Shown piece after piece: positions 50,533-63,700 of a DNA stretch of 64,000 nt. The DNA is from Azolla caroliniana (taxonomy: Eukaryota > Plantae > Polypodiophyta). Under the pieces are notes generated by a model. It searched no databases. It saw nothing but the letters and a program-made list of their open reading frames with translations, and had not been told where the DNA came from. The stretch's first letter is position 1; each line of letters starts with the position of its first letter. The stretch spans positions 7,998,001 to 8,062,000 of the forward strand of contig JBHGNT010000010.1 of the NCBI GenBank assembly GCA_043228905.1. Reading direction: 5' to 3'. Both the position numbers and the translations under genes were made by a program.

Positions 50533-52177
50533 AAACTTGACTCAACATACCAGCAAAGAAAGGAACCGACAAAGGAGTCCACCAAGGAGAGAAAATTCCA
50601 ATGCTAGATCCAAGTCCATAGGTAAGCTGACATGCTTTTACTGTGGAAAGAATGGACACTTTCAAAAGGATTGCCGACACCTCATGAAGGACAAGAGTGT
50701 CGGCAATATTGTCCAACCCAGGAAAATTCCTAATGAAAAGGACACATCGGTTGTAGCTATGAGTGCAAAGGAGATTTTGTTCATTTGTGAGCAGGCAAAC
50801 ACAAATCTTGAAAGTGAAGAGTACACCATGGTAATCGACTCGGGTGATTCTCTCCATATAACTCCGTCGAGTGAGTGCTTCTCGACTTACATCGTTGGAG
50901 ATCATGGCTATGTAAATATGGGAGACAATGGTGAGTGCAAGATAGCCGACATTGGAACTGTGTGCCTGATGACGTCGACAGGTTGTCAGCTGACATTGAT
51001 GGAAGTTCGACATGTCCCAAATATCAGATTGAATCTGATATCGGCTAGAAAGTTCGATGACAAAGACTATAGTGGTAGCGTTTGGAATGATAAGTGGAAG
51101 TTTTGCCGTGGAAACCTCATAGTGGCAAGAGCACAGAAAGAGGGTACATTGTATATGATGCATGACCGACTATGCAAGTCGGTAGTGAATGTGGCACCCG
51201 ACTCAAATGGAGAGTTATGGCATAAGAGGCTCGACCACATGAGTGTGAGAAGAAAAGCGCAGAATATTGCTCGGCCACAACCGAGTCTTGAATCACAGAA
51301 ATGGGAATGAAACACAGAAATGGGAAGTGGAGAGTACACAAAAGAAATACACAGGATGTTTATGTGGAAAACCCAAATAGGGAAAAACCATGGGAGCCCA
51401 CGGATTCCAACTATCACTATACGAGACAAGTACAATCAGAGCCTCGGAGGCAACGACCTCGAGCTCTGTATCTTTGCCAACCGGCGGTTACAACAGAGTA
51501 TTTCTCTATATCTCACACTCTCTCCCTCTCTATCGCTCTCTATACAATAGTTACAACAATATGAACAACAACACTCAACACTTACATAAAATGATTGCCG
51601 TAACTCATATTTATACTTATATGAACTTAGGTCTATTTACAAATATAGCCTCAATAGGCTTACTCAAAACATATTTACAAATATGTCTTCTCTTCCGGTT
51701 CTCACCGGGTCCTCTTCATTCATAACCGGATCCCATCCAGAGGAACCGATTACCCAACAAAGTGAAAAAGGAGTGCACATCCTAGCTGACCAAGAACTTC
51801 TCCCAAAAGTGAAAAGAGTACAGTTGGAGAAGTGTCAATTGCTTAGCTAGAAAGCATAATCGAGCGGCATTCCACACAAGAACACCGAGAAGAAAAGAAG
51901 TTGCATTGGAACTAGTACACATGGATGTGTGCTATGTAGATGCTCCATCGCATCGAGGTGGACAGTAATTTGTAACGTTTATTGACGACTATAGTCAAAA
52001 GACATGGGTTGTTGTGTTGAAGACGGAGGATCAAGTAATGTCAATGTCCAAGGAGTTTTAGGCAAGAACGGAATGAGAGTCAGGTTGGACGTTGAAGGCT
52101 ATCCGAACTGACAATGGTGGCAAATATAAAGGGCAGTTCGAGGACTACTTCAAGGCCCAAGGCATTCAAATCGAATT
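50533..52177 (+). pseudogene. Element S: K-family copia fragment (CCHC, protease, integrase N-half) holding a solo LTR
   Basis: CFYCGKNGHFQKDC, VIDSG, WHKRLDHMS|EKG, IRTDNGG. Confidence 0.85.
51246..51759 (-). repeat. Solo LTR of the J family, TSD GAGTG/AAGTG
   Basis: Homologous to 20491-21061; host coding resumes in register on both sides. Confidence 0.92.
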
Positions 52178-52446
52178 TGGAAACAAATTGTGGTTCTCGA
52201 TCAGAAGTGATATCGTACCTCAACATGTCGGATCTTACCGAGAGAATAAATCACCTCATGGAAGCCATGCATCAACTTCAACTTGAGAATGACAACCTTC
52301 AGGAATCATTACAGAAACTTCAAGTTGGAACACCGATGGAACTTGAAGAAAAAATCAACTCTCTTCCTACATCAACAAATGGTCTACCTATCGAGCCTGT
52401 GTTGGGAGACAGGTCCCTCCGGATGGGAAGGGAGAAGAACAGTGCT

Positions 52447-52710
52447 GATGAGGAGTACCCGGCTACGGAGAGCCGGATGGTGCAGACCCGGTGAGAACCG
52501 GATGAGGAGTACCCAGCTACGGAGAGCCGGATGGTGTAGACCCGGTGCGAACCGGATGAGGAGTACCCCGCTACGGAGAGCCGGATGGTGCAGACCCGGT
52601 GAGAACCGGATGAGGAGTACCCGGCTACGGAGAGCCGGATGGTGCGGACCCGGTCAGAACCGGATGAGGAGTACCCGGCTACGGAGAGCTGGATGGTGCA
52701 GACCCGGTGA
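52447..52710 (+). repeat. 54-bp tandem repeat, ~5 copies, in the U 5' LTR (2 copies at 57313-57414)
   Basis: Unit GATGAGGAGTACCCGGCTACGGAGAGCCGGATGGTGCAGACCCGGTGAGAACCG. Confidence 0.95.
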
Positions 52711-53208
52711 GGAGTGCTCTCCGGATGAAGAGACATATTCATAAATATGTTTCTGAGAGTCCATCGTGGCTATATTTGTAAATAGCCAAAAAGTCATATT
52801 AGTATAAATATGACTTAGGGCAAACTTTAGTGTTGTTGTTATTTTCTTGTTGGTGTAGAAGAGAGTGTGTGTAACAGTGTACAGAGAGTGAGAGAGAGAG
52901 GAAGAGGTCGTTGCCTCTGTTGTAACCGCCGCCTGTGGCAAAGATCGTGAGCACGAGGTCGTTGCCTCCGTGAACTCACTATTGTACATTCTAACATAGT
53001 GATAGTTTGCAGCCTGTGGGCTGCCGTGGTTTTTTCCCTTATTTTGGGTTTTCCACGTAAACATCCTGTGTAATTTTTTTCTCTCCTTTGTGTTGTGTAT
53101 TTATTTCCCGTTTTCTGTGTATGATTCTAAGCTCGGTTGTGGCCGAGCGCTGCGCATAAGGAACGAGTAGTTCCCATCAACTGGTATCAGAGCGAAACGA
53201 CACAGAAA

Positions 53209-56200
53209 ATGGACGATTCGTTGGGAGGCATGTTCAAGCTCACCGGCTCCAACTATTCGGTGTGGAAGTCGAAGATGAGGGACATGCTCGTGGTTAAAGA
53301 CCTCTGGCTGCCGGTTCAGTTCGGGGACAAGAGTCCGGACAAAATCGACGTCGCGATATGGGAGGTGATGCACATGAAGACAACGGCGTACATACGGTGC
53401 TTCATCGACATGAGCCTGTACAACAACTTCAATGAAGAGAGCAAGGCTCATGAGCTCTGGGAGAAGATCGGCATTATGTTTCAAAACAAAAATGTTGTTA
53501 ATCAGGTTTCGGTATTCCGGAAGCTAGTAAGACTCTGGTACCAAGATGGCTCCAGCATGGCGGAGCACATGAATGCCTTCCAAGGACTGATACACCAGGC
53601 AACGTCATTGGAAGTACCTCTCGCCAACGAGGTATTAGCACTACTCTTGGTCGGTTCCCTCCCGGATAGCTAGGAGACGTTGGTTGTCACTTTGGGCAAC
53701 ACCGGGCCAGAAGGAAAGCGGTTATCCCTAGCAAGAGTAAAGTTGAGCTTGCTAGATGAGGAGGCGCGTCAGAAAGATAAAGATACGAGCTCCGACTCCA
53801 AGGCGCTCCTTACCGAATCGGAACGCGGAAGACATAGAAACCGTAGTCCCCAAAACCGGGAGAAGTCGGGGACACGGTCAAAGTCAAGGGGGAGGCCCAT
53901 TTGCTTCTATTGCGGCAAGCCGGGACACTTCCAAAAGAACTGTCGGCATTTCCGAAAAGATAAGGAGACCGACGGTACCGATTCGAAGCGGACCCCGGAC
54001 CGGAACGGTAAACACCGGAGGGGGCCGGACCGGAAGGGAACGACGGCAATCGCGGCAAGTGAAGAAGAGTTGATGCTCATCACCGAGGAGAGTGAGATAA
54101 ACCTTGCCGGCGATGAGATGACCTGGGTGGTAGACTCCGGAGCGTCGTTCCACCTTAGCCCGGACCGGAAATGCTTCTCATCCTACTCAGCCGGTGATCA
54201 CGGCTGTGTCCGGATGGGAAATGAAGGTACATGCCAAATTGTCGACATAGGAGACGTGTGGTTGTCAACACCAACCGGATGCAAGTTGTTGCTGAAGGAT
54301 GTTCGACACGTTCCGGAGGTTCGACTGAACCTGATATCAGCCGGTCCGCTAGATGATGAAGGCTACACGGGTAGCATCCGGAACGGTGTCATGAAGTTCA
54401 GCAAAGGGAGCCTAATTGTGGCTCGGACCCGGAAGGTAAACACGTTGTACCTCATGAATGCCCGGTTATGTCCGGAGGAAGTGAACGTGGCATCCGACAC
54501 TGCCGGTGAGCTGTGGCACAAAAGGTTGTGTCACATGAGCGAGAAGGGGATGAAGAGGCTTGCAGACGACAACCTCATTCCAGTGAAGAACGTGCACTTG
54601 GAGAAGTGCACTGATTGTCTGGCCGTTAAGCAAAACCGGACCTCCTTCCGATCAAGGCCACCGATGAGACGTAATGCGCCACTGGAGTTGGTGCATACGG
54701 ATGTATATCAAGTGGACACGAAGTCACATGCAGGATCGCAGTACTTCGTGACGTTCATAGATGACCACATCCGGAAGTTGTGGGCCACACCGTTGAAGAC
54801 GAAGGATCAGGTGCTATCCGTCTTCAAAGAGCTCCACGCGAGAGTGGAAAGAGAAACCGGCCGGAAGCTGAAGGCGGTTCGAGCAGATAACGGAGGAGAA
54901 TACCGGGGGCAGTTCGAGGAGTACTGCCGCTCGAAGGGAATCCGGCTCGAATTTACCGTGCCGAAGACGCCGGAACTAAACGGATTGGCCGAGAGGATGA
55001 ACCGGACCATAATGGAGAAGGTCTGGAGTATGCTAGCGCATGCAAATCTACCCAAGAAGTTTTGGGCTGAGGCATTGTCGACGGCGACATATGTGATAAA
55101 TAGATCACCCTCAGTACCCTTGGATGGAGACACGCCACAGAGAGTATGGACCGGTAACGAAGTATCCTACCAGCATCTGAAGGTATTCGGGTGTCTTGCG
55201 TACGTGCATGTAGCTAAGGACCGGAGAGGGAAGTTGGATCCAAAGACCCAGCCATGCATATTCCTCGGTTACGGCGACGATGAGTTCGCCTACCGAGTGT
55301 GGGACCTGGTCGACAAGAAGGTATTCCGGAGTCGAGATATTATCTTCATGGAGGACAAGACCCTTGTCGACTGGGAGTCAGAGAAGAAGATAATGAACTC
55401 TGAGTTGATCGGTAAGGATCGATTCTACGATGAGCAGACCCAACCGACAAGAGACCGGTTAGCACTCGAGGAACCAGCTGGTTACGGTGAGGATACCGAA
55501 CCGGCAGAAGAAGAAGTAGAGGAAGCTGAAACCGGAACCGGCCAAGACCCCGAATCAGATTCAGATGAAGAGCAAATAGAGGAGCCGGTCACCGAAGCCC
55601 AGAGACGGAGATATCCTCTCAGAGAGAGAAGGGCCCCCCAGAGATTTCTGGATGCAGAGCATGTGCTATTAACTGATGAGGGGGAGCCAGAAAGATTCGA
55701 AGAAGCGAAGGATGACATCCACAGCCGCAAATGGTTAAGTGCCATGTAGGATGAGATGGATTCCCTGCATGAGAACCATACGTACAAATTGGTGGAGTTG
55801 CCGAAAGGAAAGCGGGCACTCCGAAACAAGTGGGTGTACAAGTTGAAACCGGGAGATGCCGGCAAACCCCCGAGATACAAAGCCAGGATCGTGGTGAAGG
55901 GGTTCCGGCAGAAGAAGGGCGTGGACTTCGACGAGATATTTGCCCCGGTAGTAAAGATGACCTCCATCCGGATAGTGCTGAGTATAGCGGCAAGCATGGA
56001 CCTCGAGGTAGAGCAGCTAGACGTGAAGACGGCATTCCTTCACGGCGACCTCGAAGAGGAGATCTACATGCAGCAACCGGAAGGATTCGTGGAGAAAGGG
56101 AAGGAGCACCTGGTTTTCCGGTTGAAGAAGAGCCTCTACGGGTTGAAGCAGGCCCCCCGACAATGGTACCGGAAGTTCGATTCCTTCATGACCGATCAAG

Positions 56201-57255
56201 GGTACCACAAGACGCAGGCCAATCACTGCGTGTTTGTGAAGAAGTTCGAAGGAGACGACTTCCTGATACTCCTTCTGTACGTGGATGACATGTTGATCGT
56301 CGGACGGGACCAAGTCAAAATACGGATGCTGAAGAAGGCTCTCAACCGAACCTTCTCAATGAAAGACTTGGGTCCGGCAAGACAGATGTTGGGGACGCAT
56401 ATTATCCGGAACCAGTCAGTGAAGCAATTATGGCTCTCACAAGAGAAGTACGTGACAAAGGTGCTTCACCGGTTCAACATGTCAGATGCGAAACCGGTCG
56501 GATCGACACTTCCGGCAAATTGCAAGTTATCCGGTAAGCAAAGCCCGACGACGAAAGCAGAGAAGGCGAATATGATGAAGATTCCATATGCCTCTGCCGT
56601 CGGAACCTTGATGTACGCAATGGTGTGTACCCGACCGGATATAGGATACGCAGTCGGAGTGGTGAGCCGGTTTATGAGCAATCCCAGCAAGGAGCACTAG
56701 AACACGGTCAAATGGATACTCCGTTATTTGAAGGGTACTTCAAATATGTGTCTCCGATTCGGCTTCGGAAAACCTCAACTTGACGGTTTCACCGATTCGG
56801 ACATGTCGGCTGATGTGGATACCAGTCGGTCTACATCTGGGTATGTAATGACATATGCAGGGGGAGTTGTTTCGTGGCAGTCGAGGCTACAGAAGACGGT
56901 TGCATTGTCAACCACGGAGGCGGAGTACATGGCGGCTGTGGAAGCCGGCAAGGAAATATTATGGATGAAGGACTTCATCGGAGATCTCAGTATCCGGCAA
57001 GATGAATGCCGACTCTATTGCGACAGTCAAAGTGCCATCCATCTTGCTAAGAATGCGGCCTACCATTCCCAGACAAAGCATATCCAGCGAAGATATCACT
57101 GGATCCGGGAAAGAGTAGATGACCAGGAGTTCGCACTGACAAAAATCCACACGGCCGAGAACGGGTCAGATATGTTGACCAAAGTGCTGATACCCAACAA
57201 GCTGGATGTATGCCGGAAGAGGATCGGACTAGTAAGACACCCCATGCCGGAGTGA
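53209..57255 (+). pseudogene. gag-pol: U gag-pol polyprotein; one frame with three premature TAG stops
   Basis: Four ORFs in the same frame; stops at 53671, 55747 and 56698 replace W, Q and W; all copia domains present. Confidence 0.95.
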
Positions 57256-60200
57256 AGGGGGAGTTTGTTGGGAGACAGGTCCCTCCGGATGGGAAGGGAG
57301 AAGAACAGTGTTGATGAGGAGTACCCGACTATGAAGAGCCGGATGGTGCGGACCCGGTGAGAACCGAATGAGGAGTACCCGGCTACGGAGAGCCGGATGG
57401 TGCAGACCCGGTGAGGAGTGCTCTCCGGATGAAGAGACATATTCGTAAATATGTTTCTGAGAGTTCATCGTGGCTATATTTGTAAATAGCCGAAAAGTCA
57501 TATTAGTATAAATATGACTTAGGGCAAACTTTAGTGTTGTTATTTTCTTGTTGGTGTAAGAAGAGAGTGTGTGTAACAGTGTACAGAGAGTGAGAGAGAG
57601 AGGAAGAGGTCGTTGCCTCTGTTGTAACCACCGCCTGTGTCGAAGATCGTGAGCACGAGGTCGTTGCCTCCGTGAACTCACTATTGTACATTCTAACATA
57701 GTGATAGTTTGCAGCCTGTGGGCTACCGTGGTTTTTTCCCTTATTTTGGGTTTTCCACGTAAACATCTTGTGTAATTTTTCTCTCCTTTGTGTTGTGTAT
57801 TTATTTCCCGTTTTCTGTGTATGATTCTAAGCTCGGTTGTGGACGAGCGTTGCGCATAAGGAACGAGTAGTTCCCATCAGCCTGGTTCCTCGTCTATGCT
57901 TTCTCCGACTCTTTCCCATCCCACTACAAGTTTGGAGCCCAATATTAGTTTACTTGACGTGTTCGATGGCACGAGGAAGCACTTCAGAGGGTTCATAAAT
58001 CAGATCAAGCTTATTATCCAACTACAGCCTCAACGGTATGCGGATGATTTTCATCAAGTTGGTCTCATTAGGACCCTTCTGTCCGGAGCTACACAAGCCT
58101 GGTTTGCACCATTGGTCGAAACTTCATCACCACTTCTACAAAATTTTCCTACCTTTCTAGCAAAGTTTGAGGCAACATTTGGGGATACGAACCGATGTTG
58201 AACTGCCATCACCAAACTCTATTCCTTACATCAAGGTATGTGTCCGATATCCGTTTATGCCTCTGAATTTAGACAATTAGCATGTGATGTTTAGTGGGAT
58301 GGCCAGGCTCTCTATGACCATTTTCGTCGGGGCTTTCAAAGCGAGATTAAAAATTTACTACTCAACTTTCTGGAGCCTATGTCATTGTTGCAAGCCATCA
58401 TGCACGCAGCTAGTTGTGATAATCAGTTGTTTGAGCTTCGTTAAGAGGAACGAGCAACTTCAAGGTGGAAACCCTCTTCGAGATCTTCTCCATCGTCATC
58501 ATGCGATGACCCCGTGCCGATGGAAATTGATCGAGCTCGCGCCCCGCCACTCACCGAGGGTGAATGGAGGTATCACCAAACCAACAGACTATGACTATAT
58601 TGTGGTGCATCCACCCATCTCATTCGTTTTTTCCCAATCAAGAATAATCAATGACAAATATCTACAAATAATACGACAAGACGGCCCCAACAACGGGAAA
58701 ACAACAGTGTCCAACTACAATAGGAGCCATGTGGTTGGACAATCTACATTCGTGGCACTCCCATAGTTCGGCTACATCGACAGAAGATTTCTCCTTTCTG
58801 GTAAGCATCCATTTCAAGTCCATTTCAATTAGATCCTTAGCACTTCTAGATTCTGGGGCAACAACGTGTTTTATGGACGAAAGGTTCGTTCATAAACACA
58901 AATTCCCGGTTGTCCGATTGTCCAAGACAATCCTAGTGGAAGCTATCTATGGACGCATGCTTTCTTCGGGGGCAGTCACCGAAGCCACTGTCCCACTTAT
59001 CTTACAGCTCGGGGACCACCAAGAGGCCTTAACGTTTTATGTTATCACTTCACCGCGACATCCGGTCAATCCACGGTTTGTCTTGGATGAAGGCACAGAA
59101 TCCACTTGTTGATTGGCGCAATCATTCAATTACTTTCTCCCAAACTAGCTCGGAGGTGCAAACAATATCTCATGTTGTTGCAGGCGCTCACCCTCCCATT
59201 AATGCAGGAATCAGCTCCAAGGTGGATGCTCACATCCTAGTCACAACAAGGAAAATAGTGCATAGTTCCTTGTCGAGCAATCCAATGAGGACATCTACTG
59301 ACTCACTACCGTCCAAGTATGAAAACTTCAAGGACGTATTTGAGAAAAAGAATGTTGATCACTTGCCTGAGCATCGATGCTACGACTGTCTAATCAATCT
59401 GCAAGAAGGTGTCAGTCCTCCCTTTGGCCCAATTTATGGGTTATCAGAACCAAAACTCCAGGCACTCCCAATGTATCTCGACAAGAACCTTGAAAAGGGT
59501 TTTATTCAACCCTCAAAATCACCAACAAGAGCTCCTATTTTGTTTGTGAAAAAGAAAGATGGATCCTTACGCCTCTGCGTCGACTATCGGGGTCTAAACA
59601 AGATTATTGTTCGCAACTGCTACCCACTACCTCTCATCCCAAAGTTGTTGGATCGACTCCGGACTGGGAAGATCTTCTCCAAGATTGACCTACGAGGAGC
59701 ATACAATTTGGTACAGATCAAACCTGGAGATGAATGGAAAACCACCCTTAGAACGCGCTACGAACATTTCGAGTATAAGGTAATGCCTTTCGGCCTCACT
59801 CATGCTCTTGTAGTATTTCAGCATATGATGAACGACATATTCCGAGAATATCTAGATCACTTTGTTGTGATCTATCTAGATGATATCTTGGTCTTCTCTT
59901 CGAACATCAAGGAGCATACTCAACATGTCAGGTTAGTCCTTGCCAAACTTCGTGAGCACGGACTCTATGCTAAAAGTGAAAAATGGGAATTTGATCGTAC
60001 TTCTGTAGAGTTTCTTGGCTATGTCATTTCGACACAGGGAATCACAATGGACACACGGAAAGTCAAGACTATCCAAGAGTGGGTTGTCCCAACTCGGGTA
60101 TGAGATGTGCAATCATTCCTTGGTTTTGCCCATTTTTATCGTCGCTTCATCAAAGGGTTCTTAGTGATCGCACAACATCTCATTGCTCTTACCCACAAGG

Positions 60201-60742
60201 ATACTACTTTCGAATGGACAATAGCTGTCCAAAAGGCATACGACTTGCTGAAACAAGCCTTTACTATGGCACCAATCCTTTTACATCCTGACCCAACTAA
60301 GCCTTTCCAAGTCGAAACGAATGCTTCCAAATTTTCCATTGGGGCGATCCTCTCCCAACCAGATGAGGTCAGTGTGCTTCACCTAGTGGCTTACTACTCC
60401 TGCAAATTCACAGCCCCAGAAATCAACTACCCCATATATGACAAGGAGCTTCTCGCTATTATTGATGCTTTTGAAGACTGGAGACCCTATTTATCCGGGG
60501 CACAACACCATATCCAAGTGATTACCGATCACAAAAATCTAATATACTTTTCTACCACACGAACCTTAAATCGTAGACAAGCACGATGGTCGACCTTCTT
60601 GGCAAACTATGATTTTGAGATAATCTTTCGACCCGGTGCTTAACACACAACGATCGATGTCTTATCCCGTTGGTTTGATTTCGAACGCACTCCGGAGGAT
60701 GAAGCCTATGTTCAACAGTCCCAGAGTTTGTTAAAGCCTAAC

Positions 60743-63700
60743 TGTAAACGTAAGTGTTTGCGGAAGCGTAAAACAGAGAACAACACACACACAGAGACAG
60801 AGAGACAGAGAGACAGAGAGAAACAGAGAGAGCAGAACGTAATTTCAAAATTATATCAAGACTCTGTATACACACTGTGCTAAGTAGCACTATTTATACA
60901 AGTCCTCTTGGGACTGACAGAAGTACCATGTACTTCAATGCTCACACGAGCATCTAACACTTACTACGAGACTATAGCTACCTAGTAGTCTATCCTATAC
61001 TAGGCTTCCGATTGGACTTCCGGTTACGGATTGCACCCGGCCTCCACTGCTTGCCGGTTCGGTTGCTCACCGTCATACCGATCCGTTTCGCCCGATCCGT
61101 CTCGCTTACCGGCTCCGGCTTATTCAGCCGATCGGGCTCCGGTTGAGCTTGCCGCTCAACACTCCCCCTCAAGCTCAACCTGAGGTGGGGTCGTAGTGTC
61201 GACCTCTGTGGCAGTCGGTTCTTCCAACCGACTTCTCCTAGCGTCACTCCGCCTTGCTCGCGCTCCTCGTCCAGTCCGGTTCCGTTTGCCTCGACCCCTT
61301 TGGTTCTGCGCGCCTCAACCCTCTCGGTCGGCATGTCTGCTCAATAGGCCCATCTCAGCACTCACGTTGTTGTGACTCCAGCGCTTGCCAATCCGTCGGT
61401 TCTCCCACGATGGCATCGACTTCCGCTGTGTCCGTGTCCCCTTGGCCTTTAGTCGATCCGACTCATCCGGATCCATCTATTGATCCGAGTCAGCTATCTC
61501 CGAATCTACTTCCGGCTTCAGGCCTCTCACCACATCGGACCACTTCCGAGTCTTGGCCTTCTCCATGCTTCCCTCGGCTTCTTCAGCCGGTGAACCGAAA
61601 TCGAATTCTTCATTCGACTCTGTATCATGGTCAGTACCGTCGTGATGACCTCCGCACAACATGCGCTTCTCTTCCTGAGTGCACAACTCTTCTTCACAGC
61701 CGGTTGCTCCGACCTGTTCGGATGTGTCGACTTCCTTCATCGACTCGACTTCCTTCATCTTCTTGTCTCCTCTTCTTCCAGCTCTCCTCTTACCGACGGG
61801 TTCAACAATTTTTTGGCCTTTGCCCGTTTCGGTAGAGACTTTGCCCTTGCTTCTCCCCCTCAAGTGCGGCACTTCGAGATGTTGAATACCAAGCCTGTCG
61901 GTAAAGTGCGGCAACTTGTCCGATCCGAGCGGTTTGGTGAAGATGTCGGCAACTTGCCGATCCGTATGAACATACCGTAGGTCAACTTCACCGCTCAGGA
62001 CCCGCTCACGCACGAAGTGGTAGTGCACCTCGATGTGCTTTGTGCGAGCATGGAACACAAGGTTCGTGGCGAGCTGCAGGCTGCTCATGTTATCGGAGTA
62101 AATCGGGATCGGGGTGGGTACCTCGATCCGCAAGTCTCGCAGCAGTCGCCGAAGCCAGATGGCTTCACAAGTGGCAACGGTAGCGGCCCGGTACTCAGCC
62201 TCAGTGCTTGACAAAGCCACTGTGAGCTGCTTCTTGTTGCTCCACGCAACGGCCGCGCTACCTATGGAGAACATGTATCCGGAAGTGGAGCGGCAATCAG
62301 ATGCATCGTCGGCCAGTCAGCATCTGTGTAACCGACAAGCTCTTCAGGTATACCTCGACGGTATAGCAGTCCCCGGTCCTTAGTGCCGCTGACATACCGT
62401 AAGATTCGTTGCGCGCACTGAAGGTGCTCCACGGTCGGCTTCTGCATGAACTGACTTACCATGCCGACCGGATAGCTGATGTCGGGTCGGGTGATGGTTA
62501 AGTAGATCAAGCTTCCGACAACCTGTCGGAACCGTTTCTCATTGCAGGCCGGTCCGGAGTTGGGACGGAACTTCTGGTTCCGGTCCAGGGGTGTGGAGAC
62601 AGGTCGGCAATCCGTCATGCCGAACTTATACAGCATATTCAACACGTAATGTTGTTGTGAGAGCAATATGCCGTCGGGGGTCCGGATCACTTCGATCCCA
62701 AGAAAATAATGAAGGTCCCCCAGGTCCTTCATTTCGAATGTGTCCAACAACTGGGACTTGACGCGGTTGATTTCGGGAAGACCCGGTCCGATGAGGACTA
62801 AATCATCCACATACAAGAGTATACATACCGGACCGTCAGAGCCTTGCCGGATGAACAACGAAGAGTCCGACTTAGAGACAGCAAACCCCAGCTTACGCAA
62901 CCGGTGCGTTATCTTCGCGTTCCAGGCTCGGGGGGCTTGCTTCAAGCCGTAAAGCGACTTCTTCAATCGGCATACCGCCGACTTGTTCATCTCCGATTGA
63001 AATCCGGGGGGCTGAGTCATAAAGACTTCTTCTTCAAGCTCTCCTTGAAGGAAGGCGTTATTCACATCCATCTGGTGAAGATGCCACCCCCTTGCCGCAG
63101 CAACCGCCAGTATCACACGAACCGTCGTCATCTTCGCCACAAGAGCGAAGGTCTCGTCGTAGTCGATTCCGTGGGTTTGCGCGTATCCCTTCGCCACTAA
63201 CCGGGCTTTGTACTGGTTAACAGAACCATCGGCGTTGTACTTGACCTTGTACACCCACTTGCATCCGATCGGTTTACAGTGACGGGGAGGGTCAACTAGG
63301 TCCCAAGTTTCATTGGCATCGAGCGCCCGCATTTCTTCGTCCATAGCGGCACGCCAATTTGCGTCCTTTGCCGCTTCTGCGTAGCTCTCCGGCTCACGCA
63401 CTTCTGTCACCTTAGTCATGTACGCATAATGATGCGCCATGTATTCATTGTACCCGTACCGCATGACAGGATCCTTCTGGCGGGTTGATCGGCGCAATGC
63501 ACCGTCACCTGATTTGAGACCCTTCTTGGCCAGTTCGGTCTTCATTGCCGAAGATCCGCCTTTCTCCTTTCCGGAGTCAGATACGCACCGATCCGACTCA
63601 TCGTTGCCGGTTTCGAATTCCGGCATCTTCCTCTTCCCCTTCTCTTTGCGCGCGAACCGTTTCCTCGGTTCCTTGCGCGGGGAGAGCACGGCAGAGTCTC

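Larger units (their letters stand above)
52400..57879 (+). mobile_element. Element U: near-intact Tork/TAR-like copia, TSD GCCTG
   Basis: LTRs 52400-53179 and 57266-57879; PBS 53182-53193 (tRNA-iMet); PPT 57254-57263; GCCTG at 52395-52399 and 57880-57884. Confidence 0.97.
52178..60742 (+). mobile_element. Element T: Tcn1-like (chromovirus-type) gypsy gag-PR-RT-RNase H, 5' LTR missing, interrupted by U and P
   Basis: FDGTRKHFRGFINQ gag, ALLDSGAT, FVKKKDGSLRLCVDYRGLN, IDLRGAYN, YLDD, NYPIYDKELLAI; GGGAAAAC candidate -1 frameshift at 58695-58702. Confidence 0.85.

Noticed and set aside
52447-52710. Regular repeats resembling a CRISPR array
   Set aside because: Head-to-tail 54-bp units with no unique spacers, inside an LTR, and no cas genes
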